Shown one piece after another: positions 24,627-48,139 of a stretch of DNA of 64,000 nucleotides. The DNA is from the human T2T-CHM13v2.0 reference genome, Homo sapiens. How positions within the stretch are numbered: position 1 is the first letter of the stretch; each line of letters opens with the position of its first letter. Location: assembly GCF_009914755.1 (NCBI RefSeq), contig NC_060947.1. One strand, 5' to 3'. The position numbers and the translations under genes were made by a program. Below the pieces are notes generated by a model, which saw only the letters and a list, made by a program, of their open reading frames with translations, did not search any database and had not been told where the DNA came from.

Positions 24627-25171
24627 GGATGGGTGGGTTAGGGATGGCTGGGAAGGAGCATTACAGAACTTTCTGGGGTAAAGGAAATATTCTATATCTT
24701 GATAGGGGTTTGAGTTATATGAATGTATGCATTTTTCTCAACTTATCTAATAGAACACAAGTTTGTGCATGTCACTGTATGTATGTTTTATCTCAAAAAC
24801 AGAAAGCACCATAAATAAATATTGAGTTCTATTTAACACTATGCAGGCTGAAGTGTTTAGGGGTGACGTGACTGATGTCTGCAACTTACTTTGATTGATG
24901 GATGGAGGGACGAATAGATATGTCACAAAGCAAATACAGAAAGATATTAACCACTGTAGAATCTAGATGATGGGTGTATGGTGTTTGCCATACACGTCTT
25001 TCAACTTTTTTATGTATTTGAAAGTTTTTCTAATAAAATGTTACAGAAAAACACAAACTATTTGCTATGTGAAAGCATCTTCAAGACAAGTTCCTTATGC
25101 CACCACACTTCTCCTTCCAACCAGGCAAGAAATTCAGAAGCTGCCACTGCCTCAAAACATTTCACAGTTAA

Positions 25172-25780
25172 GGCCTGAGTTCAGGCTGATGCAGCTGTAG
25201 CTGCTGCCTGGGCAAGGAGGGATAGGGAGACTAGGCCATCCTATGAGTATCCTATGCTGTAGCTTGGGATTCCTCTCACTGGCAGGAGTATGGGTCCTTC
25301 AGGGACTCCAGAATTGTTCTGAAACAACTTTGGTGTTTCATCTTAATATGCTGCACACATTTGTCAGTACTGGCCATATTCACCAAATTAAAAAATTAAT
25401 TTTACATCCTGTGAATATCTTATGCTACAGCTTATCCTATGGATATCTAGAACAATACCCATAGCTCTGCAACAGGCTGCTGTGAGACTGAGATGTGGGT
25501 GAACCACACTCCCAACAGCTCTTTGCCCATGCTGCTTGCCTGGGCAATACCCTGCCCTCCTTGGTCATAGGCCTAAGGTGTCATTTTGAGAATTTAATGC
25601 TGAGCTGTATCCTACCCTCAGCCTGAGTTTGGGCTGACACAACTGCAGCCACTGCCTAGCCAAGGAGGGACAGGGAATCCAGACTCTCCTATGTATACCC
25701 AGGACAATACCCAATGCTCTGCTGTGGGCTACTGTGAGACTGAGACTCAAGTGGCCCACTCTCCCCACATCTTCTCTTGC
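25172..25780. repeat. Degenerate direct repeats, probably old L1 5'UTR monomers
   Basis: cctgagtt..ggctga...caaggaggga.aggga at 25173 and 25622; acaatacc...ctgtgagactgaga at ~25452 and ~25704. Confidence 0.5.
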
Positions 25781-26849
25781 AAGTGAACAAGAGACGGTGT
25801 ATATCCTGCTGATGCAGGGCTGAAGTTTCAAGTGGCTCCCCACCCCCCACCTCTGGAAATCACATCTTATCTCCTATATTCTTGGGGCCTTCAGTGACAG
25901 TAAACTAGCCTGAGATGATGGGTAAAAGTCAAGAGTGACCCCTTTCTTTCCTTATCAATGGCATGCCTTTTAATAGAGTCCTTCTGGAGAGAAAGCTGTT
26001 CCCAAAACCTAGCATCCCCTTCCTGTAGTCTTCTATCTACACCTTTAGGTCTCATTGGTGCTTCAAATGGAAGTAAATGCAGTCTCTCCTTCCATAAACT
26101 GTCCCTAAGAGGGGCACCCCAGTCCCTGGACTTCAGATCAGTACTCCCCTTGGGCCCCATATGTAATCATCATCCCTAGATAATCTCACCTCAAGCCTGC
26201 CTCTGTGTTCCTTTTCCTCATTCTCACTGCCGCCACCCAGGGTCAGGCCCTCCTTTTCCTGAGTTGGTGGATGGGAAATAGGCTATTTGATGGAATGCAT
26301 GTTTCTGGCGATGACATTCTGCTCAAAACCTTCCAAGGACCCTGTAAAACCAGCTTATGTCATCTCCTTATGAAGCCTTCCTTGCCCCCTGCTTCTCAGA
26401 GCAGAATTGACCCTCTCCCCCTTGTGTCTCTCCTGTGCTTCATGTAGACTCGTCTCATACCATCTTTTCCTCTTTACTGCAGTGAATTGTTAGCCAGCTG
26501 CTTCACCTCTAGACTAGCAGGCCTTGAGGGTTGGATCATGTCATTTTTTATGTCCAGTACCTTAAAAAGTACCTGACTTTCATCAACGTATCAATACCTA
26601 TAGTTGGTTCTTATTACTTATCCAAAACAATCCAAGACTCTTGTTCTGTCATTAACAGTCACCAGCATGTCCCTTCATCAGTCCACCATATGTCCCATCC
26701 ACTCCCAGCCAGGCTGAGTGCCCCTGGGTGCCCCTGTTAGCACATGTCTGGGACCACCTAAAGGGTCCTGGAGAAAGGCCTCTAAATGGTAATGTTTAGT
26801 ACATGATGGCAGATTGTACTTAAAATGTTAGATGTTAGAATATAATTAA

Positions 26850-27080
26850 CTGGCGGGTCTAGAGCCAGACCACCTAGCTCAATCTCCCTTCTACCACTTA
26901 CTAACTGTGACTTGGGAAATAATATCACCTTAACCTCTTCATGCCTTAGTTTCTTCCCTGGCAAAAAAAGGTACCAATAATAGTACCTATCTCATAAAGG
27001 TTTTTTGAGGGTTAGATTGATATAGATAAAGCTCTGAAAAAACCTTGTCACATAGTAAGCATTTAGTTAATTCTGATTAT
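26850..27080. mobile_element. MIR SINE
   Basis: ctaccacttactaactgtgacttggg...ttaacctcttcatgccttagtttc...ataatagtacctatctcata. Confidence 0.8.
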
Positions 27081-27134
27081 TATTGAGTGTCTGCTATATG
27101 TCAGCCACAATGCTAGAAACTTGACATATATTAC

Positions 27135-27952
27135 TGAAATGGCAAAAGTTCCCTTGTCCCCCTCATAGGGCGGGCAGTGGAGGAGTGGCTCGCTTCTTCA
27201 GTGCCCCGTTGCTTCAGTGCCCTGCTGCTCAAACCTCTAGGGGGAGCATGCAGATGGGCAGGCTGTGGGGCTCCGACCCCACAGCAGTGTCTAGGGTTGA
27301 ATGTTTACAGCTGAAGCTCCAGTGGGCATGTGTTACAGGGTGTTCTTTTAGTTTAGCCGTCTGTAGGCGGCTTGTGTTAACTCAATTAGACCCCTGCCTT
27401 ATCACAAGGACAGAGGGCTTTCTGTATCCCAGAGTTCTTGCCTTAGTGTACTGGAAGAATCGGATAACATGTGGGCTTGGAGAATGAGTGCAAGGTTTTA
27501 TTGAGTGGAAGTAGCTCTCAGCAGATGGGGGAGCCAGAAGATAGATGGTTTTCCCCTGGAGTTGGGCTGCTTGGCGGCCTAGGCTCTCCTCCAATTGCTG
27601 CCTTGTTCCACCTGTCGATGGCCTGCTGTCCTGCCAGCATCTGTCGTGTGCTCTTCCCCCGGTATGCTCCCCTCGATGTCCTCTCGACGTCCAGCCATTC
27701 ATGTCTTCTTCCACCGATGTATTTCTCTCAACTTCCAGCCGCTTGTGTGCCTGCCTGCTAGGGCCTCGGGGTTTTTATAGGCACAGGATGGGGGCGTGGC
27801 AGGCCAGGGTGGTCTTGGGAAATGCAACATTTGGGCGAGAATGCAGGAGTGTCTGTCCTCACCTAGGTCAGTGGGCACAGGCCGAGGGTGGAGCCCTCAC
27901 CAGGGACCACGACCTTCCCTTCCCAGCACTTCCCTTCCCCCTTTCCATATCA
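27135..27952 (-). mobile_element. ERV1 solo LTR (LTR27/LTR28-like), inserted in a MIR
   Basis: TG...CA termini (TGATATGGAAAGGGGGAAGGGAAGTGCTGGG on the minus strand); 4-bp TSD ttac at 27131-27134 and 27953-27956. Confidence 0.85.
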
Positions 27953-29351
27953 TTACTTCTAATCCTTACAACACTGGAAGCGGGCAGTACTTTCTTCCTT
28001 CAACCAGTGAAAGGGCTGAAGTGCATAGAGATTAAGTACCTGTCTCAAATTCACATGGTCAGGACATTTTGAAGCAAGGATTTGAATCTACTTACGTGGT
28101 TTTTGCCATACCTGTACTATTATTTACTAAATAGCCTTTAATTTGGCTCCTTTTCCTTTAAATAAATATATTAATAAATCTAAACTTCATTTCATTTTCA
28201 CAAACAAGTTTGATGTGTTCACTAATTCTCCATATTCACATTAAAATAAGTTTACAACTGTTAAATGTTTGTCCGTATTTCACCTAAAAATATCAGATAT
28301 TCCACAGTAATTAGTAAAAATATTACATATTCCACAGTACATAGTACTGAGCCACGATGCCTAGCTTGTTTTTATTTATATGCATTTCACAAGAATAAAG
28401 TAATCACTTAACTTATAAATTAAAAGGACTTTAAAAGCAATCTATGCCAGGAATCAGTAGGCTTCAATTTTTATGCCAATTTTGAGGAATTGACAATGGC
28501 TGCCCAGAATAAATACTGTGTTGGACACAATAAGAAATAACACCATGCTCTCTGTGCACTGTAGGCCCAGGAGGCTGGAGTAAGGGGATCGGCCACATAT
28601 TTGCCATTCTTTGTCTAGTCCAATCCACTCAACTTTTCAGAGATGATGCCCCATTAACTCTTCTTCCTCCCACCGCCATTCCTTTACTGGATAACCAGGA
28701 GAGTCATATTTTACCAAGAGACACTAGTAAATAAGCAAGGAAGGAGATGGGCAACTCCCTTGATTCTGCAATGATGGCAGCTTAGGAGACACACAGGGAA
28801 CCTAGGGCCATCAAGAAGACAATTAAAAGGGCTGACAGATGATGTGCTGGATAGTACATCCAGGCAAGGAGAGTAGAAAAACATCAAGGAGCTGTAACAG
28901 CCAGACACAATAGGATTCTGGCAAGTAAATATTGTTTAATGTGATGACTGTGTACTAAACCTGAAGTCAGCATTTAGCCCCTGTTGATAAGCCAGCAGGA
29001 TGCCTCTAAGTGCTTACTGGGAATCTTGCATATATATATTTTCCTGCTCCAACACATACTTAAGGCAGACACTGGGTTGTGGTAAGGGATCTCTTTTATG
29101 GCTATTTACTTGGGCCAAGTAGTTATGCCCATGCAGACAAGCCTCTACTTATTTGGTCTCATTTGAAGTATTAAAAAAAAAATTCTCCTACTGATTCTCC
29201 CTCTATAATTCTTCCTATCCTTTCTGTTGTTAAAAGGAAGGGAAGTTTGTTCAGTGGTTAGGATCTCTCCAAAATCTACAAGAGAAGAGTCAGAGGCCCT
29301 TCTTCTTCTGGCAAGACTAGATCCCTTTTTCAGAAAACATCTAAAAGATCA

Positions 29352-29902
29352 CAGTTCAGAAAAGCGTTAACATAGCCGACTTGAAAACTGCTATCCTTAG
29401 AAAACCCTGCTTAGAAGGTTGGCCTTTGGGCTGACATCTGGAAACTTAGATTTCATAAGACTCTCACCATTCACTGGCAAGAATGACTCACTGTACCTGA
29501 ACTGTGCAAATATGGTTTATGCTGAACACTCACTTTCCTTCTGGGAGTCTGGAATTTGGGTACATGCCAGGCAGAGGCAGGTAGAGAGGGCATACCCCAG
29601 GCCCCAGTAAAAAACCTGGGCACTGAGTCCCTAACGGGCTTTCCTGATGGCAACATTTCACACATGTTGTCACAACTCATTGCTGGGAAATTTAAGAGTG
29701 TCCTTTGCGACAACATTAGGAAAGGACCCCTGGAAATTTGCACCTAACTTACCCTGGACATGCACCTGTTCCCTTTGCTGATTTTTATCTGAATCCTTTC
29801 ACTGTAATAAATAATCGCTGTGAGTGGGACTATACATTGAGTCCTATGAGTCCCTCCAGGGGATCGTGGAACCAGGAGCAGACCAGGGGAATCCACTGAC
29901 AC
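29352..29902 (+). mobile_element. MER21-like LTR
   Basis: gttaacatagc...actgctatccttagaaa...ctgggagtctggaatttgggtac...aataaa...gacaca. Confidence 0.75.
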
Positions 29903-30604
29903 AAACACTTTTGCTTTTCTGTGTTCTGGGAATATAAATAGATGGGTCATGGCCAGAAAACAAACAAAAATTGAGCTAAAAATATTAAATTTAACTCTAA
30001 AGTGTGAACTCCATAATCATCAACTAGAGAGCTGATCTATGTCTTGGACAAGTGGGGAAACATCGTGAATTTCTTGTAGCAATTGGAGAAGGGGTATTTT
30101 GTCCTTGAAAAACATCATTCAATTTATGATCTGATCTTGTACAGAAGGAGAGAAGGTTGCTATATAAATAAATGCTAGTTAACACAAATAACCTCTCTTG
30201 AAGTAGAACCACCTCCAAACTAGAAAACTAAGATTCCTCCCTGCTTTTTTATAAAGGCTCTGCCTTCCATAAAGGCATTTAGAAAACCTTAGACCCGAAA
30301 GGGAGCTCAGAGCTCATCATTCCCTCTCCTCTCAGTATAGAAATCCTCTTTAGAACATTCCTATCAGGTTATCTCTTGAGCACTTCCCGTTCACCCAATG
30401 CTTCTCAAAAATTTTCTCCAAACTACCCTAAGAAAATGACTCTTATTGGCAGAGTAGTTACAGGTATAGTTCAAATCAAATTTGAAAAGATAAATATCTC
30501 TGAACATACCTTGCTTTTCCTTAAAATTTATCTGATTTTTGCTATTTCCTCACATGTCTGTGTTTTGTGGAGATATTCATCACTATTTTAAAAAGCATGC
30601 TTCA

Positions 30605-30897
30605 GGCCAGGCACCGTGGCTCACGCCTGTCATCCCAGCATTTTGGGAGGCCAAAGCAGGAGAATCAATTGAGCCCAGGAGTTGGGGACCAGCCAGGGCA
30701 AAATAGCAAGACCTTGTTTCTACTAAAAGTAATTTTTAAAAAACTTAGCCAGGTGTGGTAGCACATGCCTGTACTCCCACCTACTAGGGAGGCTGAGGTG
30801 GGAGGATAGATTTAGCCTGGGAGATTGAGGCTGCAGTGAGGTTTGAGCTCCATTGCACTCTAGCCTGAGAGACAGAAAAAGAGCTTGTCAAAAAAAG
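30605..30897 (+). mobile_element. AluJ abutting the cryptic repeat
   Basis: Dimeric Alu with J diagnostics and a short A tail; possible degenerate TSD aaaagcatgcttca / aaaagccatgtca. Confidence 0.9.
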
Positions 30898-30898
30898 C

Positions 30899-31863
30899 CA
30901 TGTCACACACATGTGAGACACGTGTCACACAGGTGTCAGTCACGAGTCACACACATCAGTCACATGTCAGTGTAACAAACATGTCAGTCATGAGTCAGAC
31001 ACATCACACGTGTCATCATGTGTCACTTAAGTGTCACAGACATGTCACACACGTGTCAGTCATGTCACTCATGTGCCACACATGTCAGACACATGTCAGT
31101 CATGTATCATGCACATGTCCTCCACGTGTCACACCCGTATCACACATGCCTCAAACGTGTCACTTGTCAGTCACGTGTCACACGTGCCAGTCACATGTCA
31201 GACACGTGTCACACACGCGTCACTCGTGTGACAGGTGAATGACAGGTGACTGACACGTGTTTGGCTGTGACTGACAGGTGTCTGACGTGATTGACAGGTA
31301 TCTGACACGTGTGACACATGACTGACACATGTGTGGTGTGTGTGGCACGTGTGTGGCGTGTGAATGGCATGTATGTGGTGTGTGACTGACAGGTGACTGG
31401 CACGTGACTGACACATGTGACATGTATCTGCCACGTGTGTGATACATGTGACATGTGACTGACACGTGTGTGTGGCACATTACTGCCAGGTGACTGATGT
31501 GTTTGGCTGTGACTGACATGTGACTGACACGTGTGACATGTGTGTGACATGTGACTGGCCCATGTGTGACACGGGTGTGGAGCTTGTGTGGCAGGTGTGT
31601 GGCATGTGAGTGACACCTATGTGATGTGACTGACACGTGTTTTACACGTGACTGATGTGCATGACAGGTGACTGACATATGATTGACGTGTGTGACACGT
31701 GGCTGACAAGTGACTGACACACGACTGACACATGGGTGACACTTGGCTGGCAAGTGTGTGGCACATGACTGATGTGTGTGACACGTGACTGATGTGTGTG
31801 AGCTGTGTGTGACCCATGACTGACCCATGACTGACCCCTGTGTGACCCATGTGTGACCTGTGT
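30899..31863. repeat. Orientation-switching cryptic repeat of CACGTG / TGACTGACA / GTGTGACA words (quasi-palindrome)
   Basis: The left arm has TGTCAGTCA (~5 copies) and TGTCACAC. The right arm has their reverse complements TGACTGACA (~11 copies) and GTGTGACA. The switch is at ~31220. About 18 CACGTG by manual count. Confidence 0.9.
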
Positions 31864-32002
31864 CCAGCTAATTTTTGTATTTTTATTAGAGACAGGGTTT
31901 CACCATGTTGGCCAGGATAGTCTCAATCTCTTGACCTCGTTATCTGCCCATCTCGGCCTCCCAAATTGGTCGGTTTACAGGCGTGAGCCACCACAGCTGG
32001 CC
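31864..32002 (-). mobile_element. Left monomer of an AluSc-like element; right monomer and tail are missing
   Basis: ccagctaatttttgtattttt...caggatagtctcaatctcttgacctcgt...gagccaccacagctggcc. Confidence 0.9.
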
Positions 32003-32384
32003 TCAAATAATATTCTCTTGGAAAGGAGAATGGATGTATAGGTGGATATTCCTCCAAGAAGTGGTAGATACACAAAGTCATAATAGTTTCTCTTGGAGAT
32101 TTCTCCCTACACGGCTTTGGCTCACAGCATGCATTGTTAAGAGGATTCTGGAAACTTGACATTGACCTTCTTGTGTTTTAGAGACATTAAAACAAAGAAG
32201 GCTTCCTTTTTCTACTTTTTACTCAGGAAACTTAGAGTATTTGGTAACATAAAATATTGGGTTCTAGGGACATAACTGTCCCTGGGATAACTGCTCTAGA
32301 GCCTGAGAATTGATTTTTTTTTTAAATTTGATGAAATGGCATAGGATAAGAATATAGACAGCTTCTTGTCTATGTTGCTTACCT

Positions 32385-34627
32385 GAGAGGGGCCCCACCC
32401 TCTCTGGTCACAAAATGGTCCATAGCTAGGACCATTTTGAGAGTTTAGAGACATTGTTTGGTGACCTGGCAGTGGCAACCACAACAGCCATTTTAGTCTT
32501 GCGCCAGAGATTGGAGAGCTTGCTGTGGAGCCAGGGAAGGGCTCTCATAGCCAGAATTGAGTGATGAGTGTGGACAGCGCCTCAGCAGTAGGCACTGGTA
32601 TTAGTCTCTCTCCCATCATAGGACTGGAGTGGGAGGAGAGTTGCTGAAGCTGAGGTTTCTCCCAGATGGTAAGACTTGCAGCCTGGGACATCTTTGCGAC
32701 CTGGAACCAATCTATATGTGTCATTACTAGGCGGCCCAGCCTGCTCCCTTGGTCAGTTGGAAGATGGTCCCCCACCAGTTCTGAGGAGCATGAGGGAGAT
32801 GGACCCCACTCCCCTGGAGATCTAATCCATGGCATGTTCTGACCCAAGGGAGGGTGGGCACAGCCAGCCAAACCCCTCCTTGGGTCAAAGTAAACACAAG
32901 TGCAGCACCAGCTGCTGAAGGCAGCACCACCAAAGCCCGGGAACAAACATGGAAAGGGGGTCATCTCCTGTCCCCTCATTCCCCTCCTCAGTGCACTGTT
33001 GCAGACTCAGCAGTGGCTCTTCGCATCAGGGCCTGGGGAGCATGGGCTAAAAGAAACCCCTTCTTGGGTTTCTCCAGCAGCTCCACCCCCGTGAAGGCAA
33101 ACACACACTGGAGGAGGGTGCTTGTCACACCTCTCCATTGCCTCCATTCCGGCCCCTACTTGCCAGCTCTTACTCTTAAATATCACTTACTGAGTTGCAG
33201 CCTAAATTATACTACCAAACAAAATTACATCACTACAACAAGCAACATCTGAGAAAGCCACAACTGCATGAACCTATCTGTAACTAAGGAACTAGTACAG
33301 AGCCTTGGTACCCTGAAAGCACCCAGAAAAGAAGGCAATAGATCATACACAATATACACCACAGTCATACCTCCAAGGGAGAAAGAATAAAAAATCAAGA
33401 AGCCCTATCCAAACAACAGCAAATTAAAAAAAAAAAAAGTGCCAGCTCTCTCAGATGAGAAGAAACTAGCATGAGTTTCTCCAGTAATAAAACATGCCAG
33501 AGTGTGTTGTCACCTCCAAAGGATCCCACTAGCTCCCAAGCAATGTATCCTGACCAGAATGGAATGTCTGAAATGGCAGATATAGGATTCAGAATATGAA
33601 TCACAAATAAACTCAATGAGATCCAAGAGAAAGTTGAAATCCAACCCTAAGAAGCCAGAAAAATGATCCAAGGTTGGAAGGACAACATAGACATATTAAG
33701 AAACAACCAAACAGAACTTGTGGAATTGAAAAACTCACTACTAAAACTTCAAAATACAGGTAGAAGCCTTAACAACACACTAGACCAAGTAGAAGAAAGA
33801 ATTTCAGAGCTCAAAGATTGGTCCTTCAAATCAACCCAGTCAGACAAAAATAAAGAAAAAAGAATTTTAAAGAAAATGAACAAAGCCTTTGAGAAACATG
33901 GGTTATGTAAAGCAAACAAATCTATGACTTTTTGGCACTTGTAAGAGAGAAGAGAAAGTAAGCAACTTGGAAAACATATTTGAGATATAGTCCAGCAAAA
34001 TTTCCCAAATCTTGCTAGATAGGTCAACATGTAGATACAAGAAATCTAGAGAACTCCTGCAAGATACTATAGAAGATGACCATCTCCAAGACACTTATTC
34101 ATCAGAAGATCCAAGGTCAATGTAAAAGAAAAAAACCCAAAAATCAGTTAGAGAAAAGGGTCATTTTACCTATAAAGGGAAACTCATAAGACTAACAGCA
34201 AACTTCTCAGCAGAAACCTTACAAGCCAGAAGAGATCGGGGGCCCATTTTTAGCATTCTTAAGGAACAGAAATGCCAGCCAAGAATTCCATATCCTGCCA
34301 AACTAAGCTGCATAAATGAAGGAGAGATAAAGTCTTTCCCAAACAAGCAGTCACTAAGGGAATTTTTCATCACCAGACTGGCCCTATGAGAGATGCTTAA
34401 GGAAACGCTAAACATGGAAATGAAAGAATGATACTTGCTATCACAAAAGCACATGCAAGCACGTAGCCCACAGACCCTATAAAGCAACTACATATTAGAG
34501 ACTACAAAGCAACTTAACTAACAACACTCCAACAAGAACAAAACCTCACATATCAGTATTAATCTTGAATGTAAATGGCCTCCAGTTAAAAGACACAGAG
34601 TGGCAAATTGGATTTAAAAAACAGACC
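32385..34627 (+). mobile_element. Old primate L1 (L1PA16/17-like): 5'UTR, ORF1 and ORF2 start; left boundary approximate
   Basis: ORF1-like peptide at 33663-33944 (NQTELVELKNSL...DQVEERISELKD); gccaagaattccatatcctgccaaactaagc; continues at 40751. Confidence 0.8.
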
Positions 34628-44755
<10,128 letters not shown>

Positions 44756-44891
44756 ATTTTACAGTTGAGAAAACGGAGTCACAGGGTGGTTGAGTGACTT
44801 GCCGAAGGTCACACAGCTAGCAATAGCGCTGCAGCCAATTTTATTCCCAAATTTTGCAAATGCTGGGATCATCTGGTGTTAAGTTTCATTG

Positions 44892-45311
44892 TGTATTAGT
44901 GTATTTTTGTATTGCTATAAAGAACTACCTGAGACTGGGTAATTCATAAAGAAAAGAGGTTTAATTGGCTCCTGGTTCTGCAGGCTGTATAGGAATCATG
45001 GTGTTGGCATCTGCTTGGCTTCTGATGAGGCCTCAGGGAGGTTTTACTCATTGTGGAAGGTGAAGCAGAAGCAGGCAGGTTACATAGTGAGAGAGGGAGC
45101 AAAAAGCAGGAGGAGGTGCCACATTCTTTTAAACAGCTAGATTTCATGTGAACTGAGAGCCAGAACCCACTCATTATTGTGAGGATAGCATCAAGCCATT
45201 CATGAAGGATTCACCCCACGGCCCAGACACCTCCCAGCAGGCCCCATCTTCAACACTGACAATTACATTTCAACATGAGATTTGGAGGGGAAAAACGTCT
45301 AAACTATATCA
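44892..45311 (-). mobile_element. MSTA/B MaLR solo LTR
   Basis: tgtattagt...aaactatatca; perfect 5-bp TSD cattg. Confidence 0.9.
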
Positions 45312-46069
45312 CATTGTATATCCAGCACCTAGCCCAGTGCCTGCTGCAGGCACATTATGAAAGTTCAGGGTGAATGAAAGGTTGCAAAGCTGTGTTCTTT
45401 ATCACTCTTCACACACTGTATCCCAAAGCCCAGGCCTTCCTCGTGCCTGATTCTGATCTCACAACACTAGCCTTGCTGGCTCCCCTCCTAGGAATTGAAA
45501 TCTTATTCACATCCAGACTTTGATACCTGTTAACAGATTCCTACTGTCAGCCTTCCTTGATTTCTCACATATCTAACCAGATTCATCATTGCAACATTTA
45601 CCCACCTATTTGGTGTTTCCTCCCATTTCTTTGGGTACACGTACTGAACTTCCCTTTCCCCACACTGACTGCCAATTATTATTACACTTGTGCTGCTGTT
45701 CTGGTCTTTGCATCAGATCTGAAGTAAAGAAAAGCAGACGTCTTCACATCAAACACTTGCAAGTATTACCTGCTGCCTAGTTGTCTCCAGCCCTATCTGA
45801 TCCCAGTGTGATTTCTTCCTGGTGCTCCTCAGACCCTCATATCCCTGGAAAGGTGCCAGCCTACCTAAATTTGAGCTACAGCCTGTGGCTGAGACAATCT
45901 CACAAGTTTGAAAAGAAGGGAGGGATGACAGGGAGAGATGAGAGGGAAGGAACACAATTTTTTTCCCTTTCTCTTCAAAATGTAGGGCAGCATGTAAATA
46001 CTGCAGGCTTAGGGTAGAAAGTGCATTTAATTTTAGGAGGAACAAATCTCCAAAATCACTAACCCAGTT

Positions 46070-46408
<339 letters not shown>

Positions 46409-47089
46409 TGAGGAGAGGGCACAGGAGAGTAAGGGGGAAAAAAACAACATAGAATGGGGAGAAATTAACAAACATTATAGGCACAAATCAACTAAGGTGT
46501 GTGAAGAAGCTGGTGTGAAAAATCTTGATTTCTATCTTTTCATCAACACATTTTGTCCTCCTAAGCTGTACTGTGACTCAGTGGGTACCTTACATAGATG
46601 CTGTTTCTGAAAAATCCCTCTTTAACCCCCAGGCTCCTTCAAGTGAATGCTTATGTTAACAGATGTGCTATAAACTTTGTATATAAATGGTAGACTCATA
46701 GTTTGCAGGTGTCTTGCGTGTGGCCAGCCTGACCAAGGTGGGAAGAAGGGCCAGGAAGGTGACTCCTTCAGCTGGAAGTGACTTGCCAATCAAAGATAAT
46801 TCTACAAAAGAATTATCTTGTTACTTCAATTCACTTCTGATGAAGATAGCCTGTGACTAATACAGGATTGAGCATAATGAATTCCTTTACCTTAGATGTG
46901 CGTAAGAAAAATTAAACAACATCTCCCTCACTCCACACCCCCAGCCCTGTAAAGGCTCTAACTTAGCCGCACTGGAGGAAAACACAAGGAACTGAGTAAG
47001 GGAGAGAGCAAACCATGCCACAGGTGGACAGCGGGGTAAAGAGAACAACCCAGCATTGTTTGCTTGGCATAACGACATGAAGCTGTAGT

Positions 47090-47870
<781 letters not shown>

Positions 47871-47879
47871 CATATATCA

Positions 47880-48134
47880 CAGGCTGTGACACCTGTAGCC
47901 ACCTACACATTTCTTCCACAGCATTTATACTTTTCCCCCAAGATATAAGCCCTGGGTCTGGAGGGTTGTGGTAGATCTGTCTATCTTGCAGCCACCGAAG
48001 ACCATGCTCTGTCCATAAATTCCCCTAATACATCACCCTGTACTGACAAACTGGATTTGTCTGCCTCATCCTTTGGTTTCTTGGCTCCTTCCGGGTTTGA
48101 GGGTCACTTTGAATATATGGCCCTTTCATGGAAC
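47880..48134 (+). mobile_element. 3' part of an LTR (LTR47-like)
   Basis: agatataagccctgggtctgg...acaaactggatttgtctgcctc...ggccctttcatggaaca. Confidence 0.6.
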
Positions 48135-48139
48135 ATATA

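Noticed and set aside
28110-28360. Possible old hAT/Charlie fragment with a repeated atattccacagta
   Set aside because: Too diverged to assign by eye.
30885-31850. Several His/Thr/Val/Ser/Cys-rich ORFs (up to 202 aa) over the cryptic repeat
   Set aside because: They occur in several frames on both strands because the repeat words are stop-poor. I see no domain or splice context.
30899-31863. CRISPR-like or prokaryotic repeat array
   Set aside because: There is no constant repeat with unique spacers and no cas genes, and the context is primate DNA.
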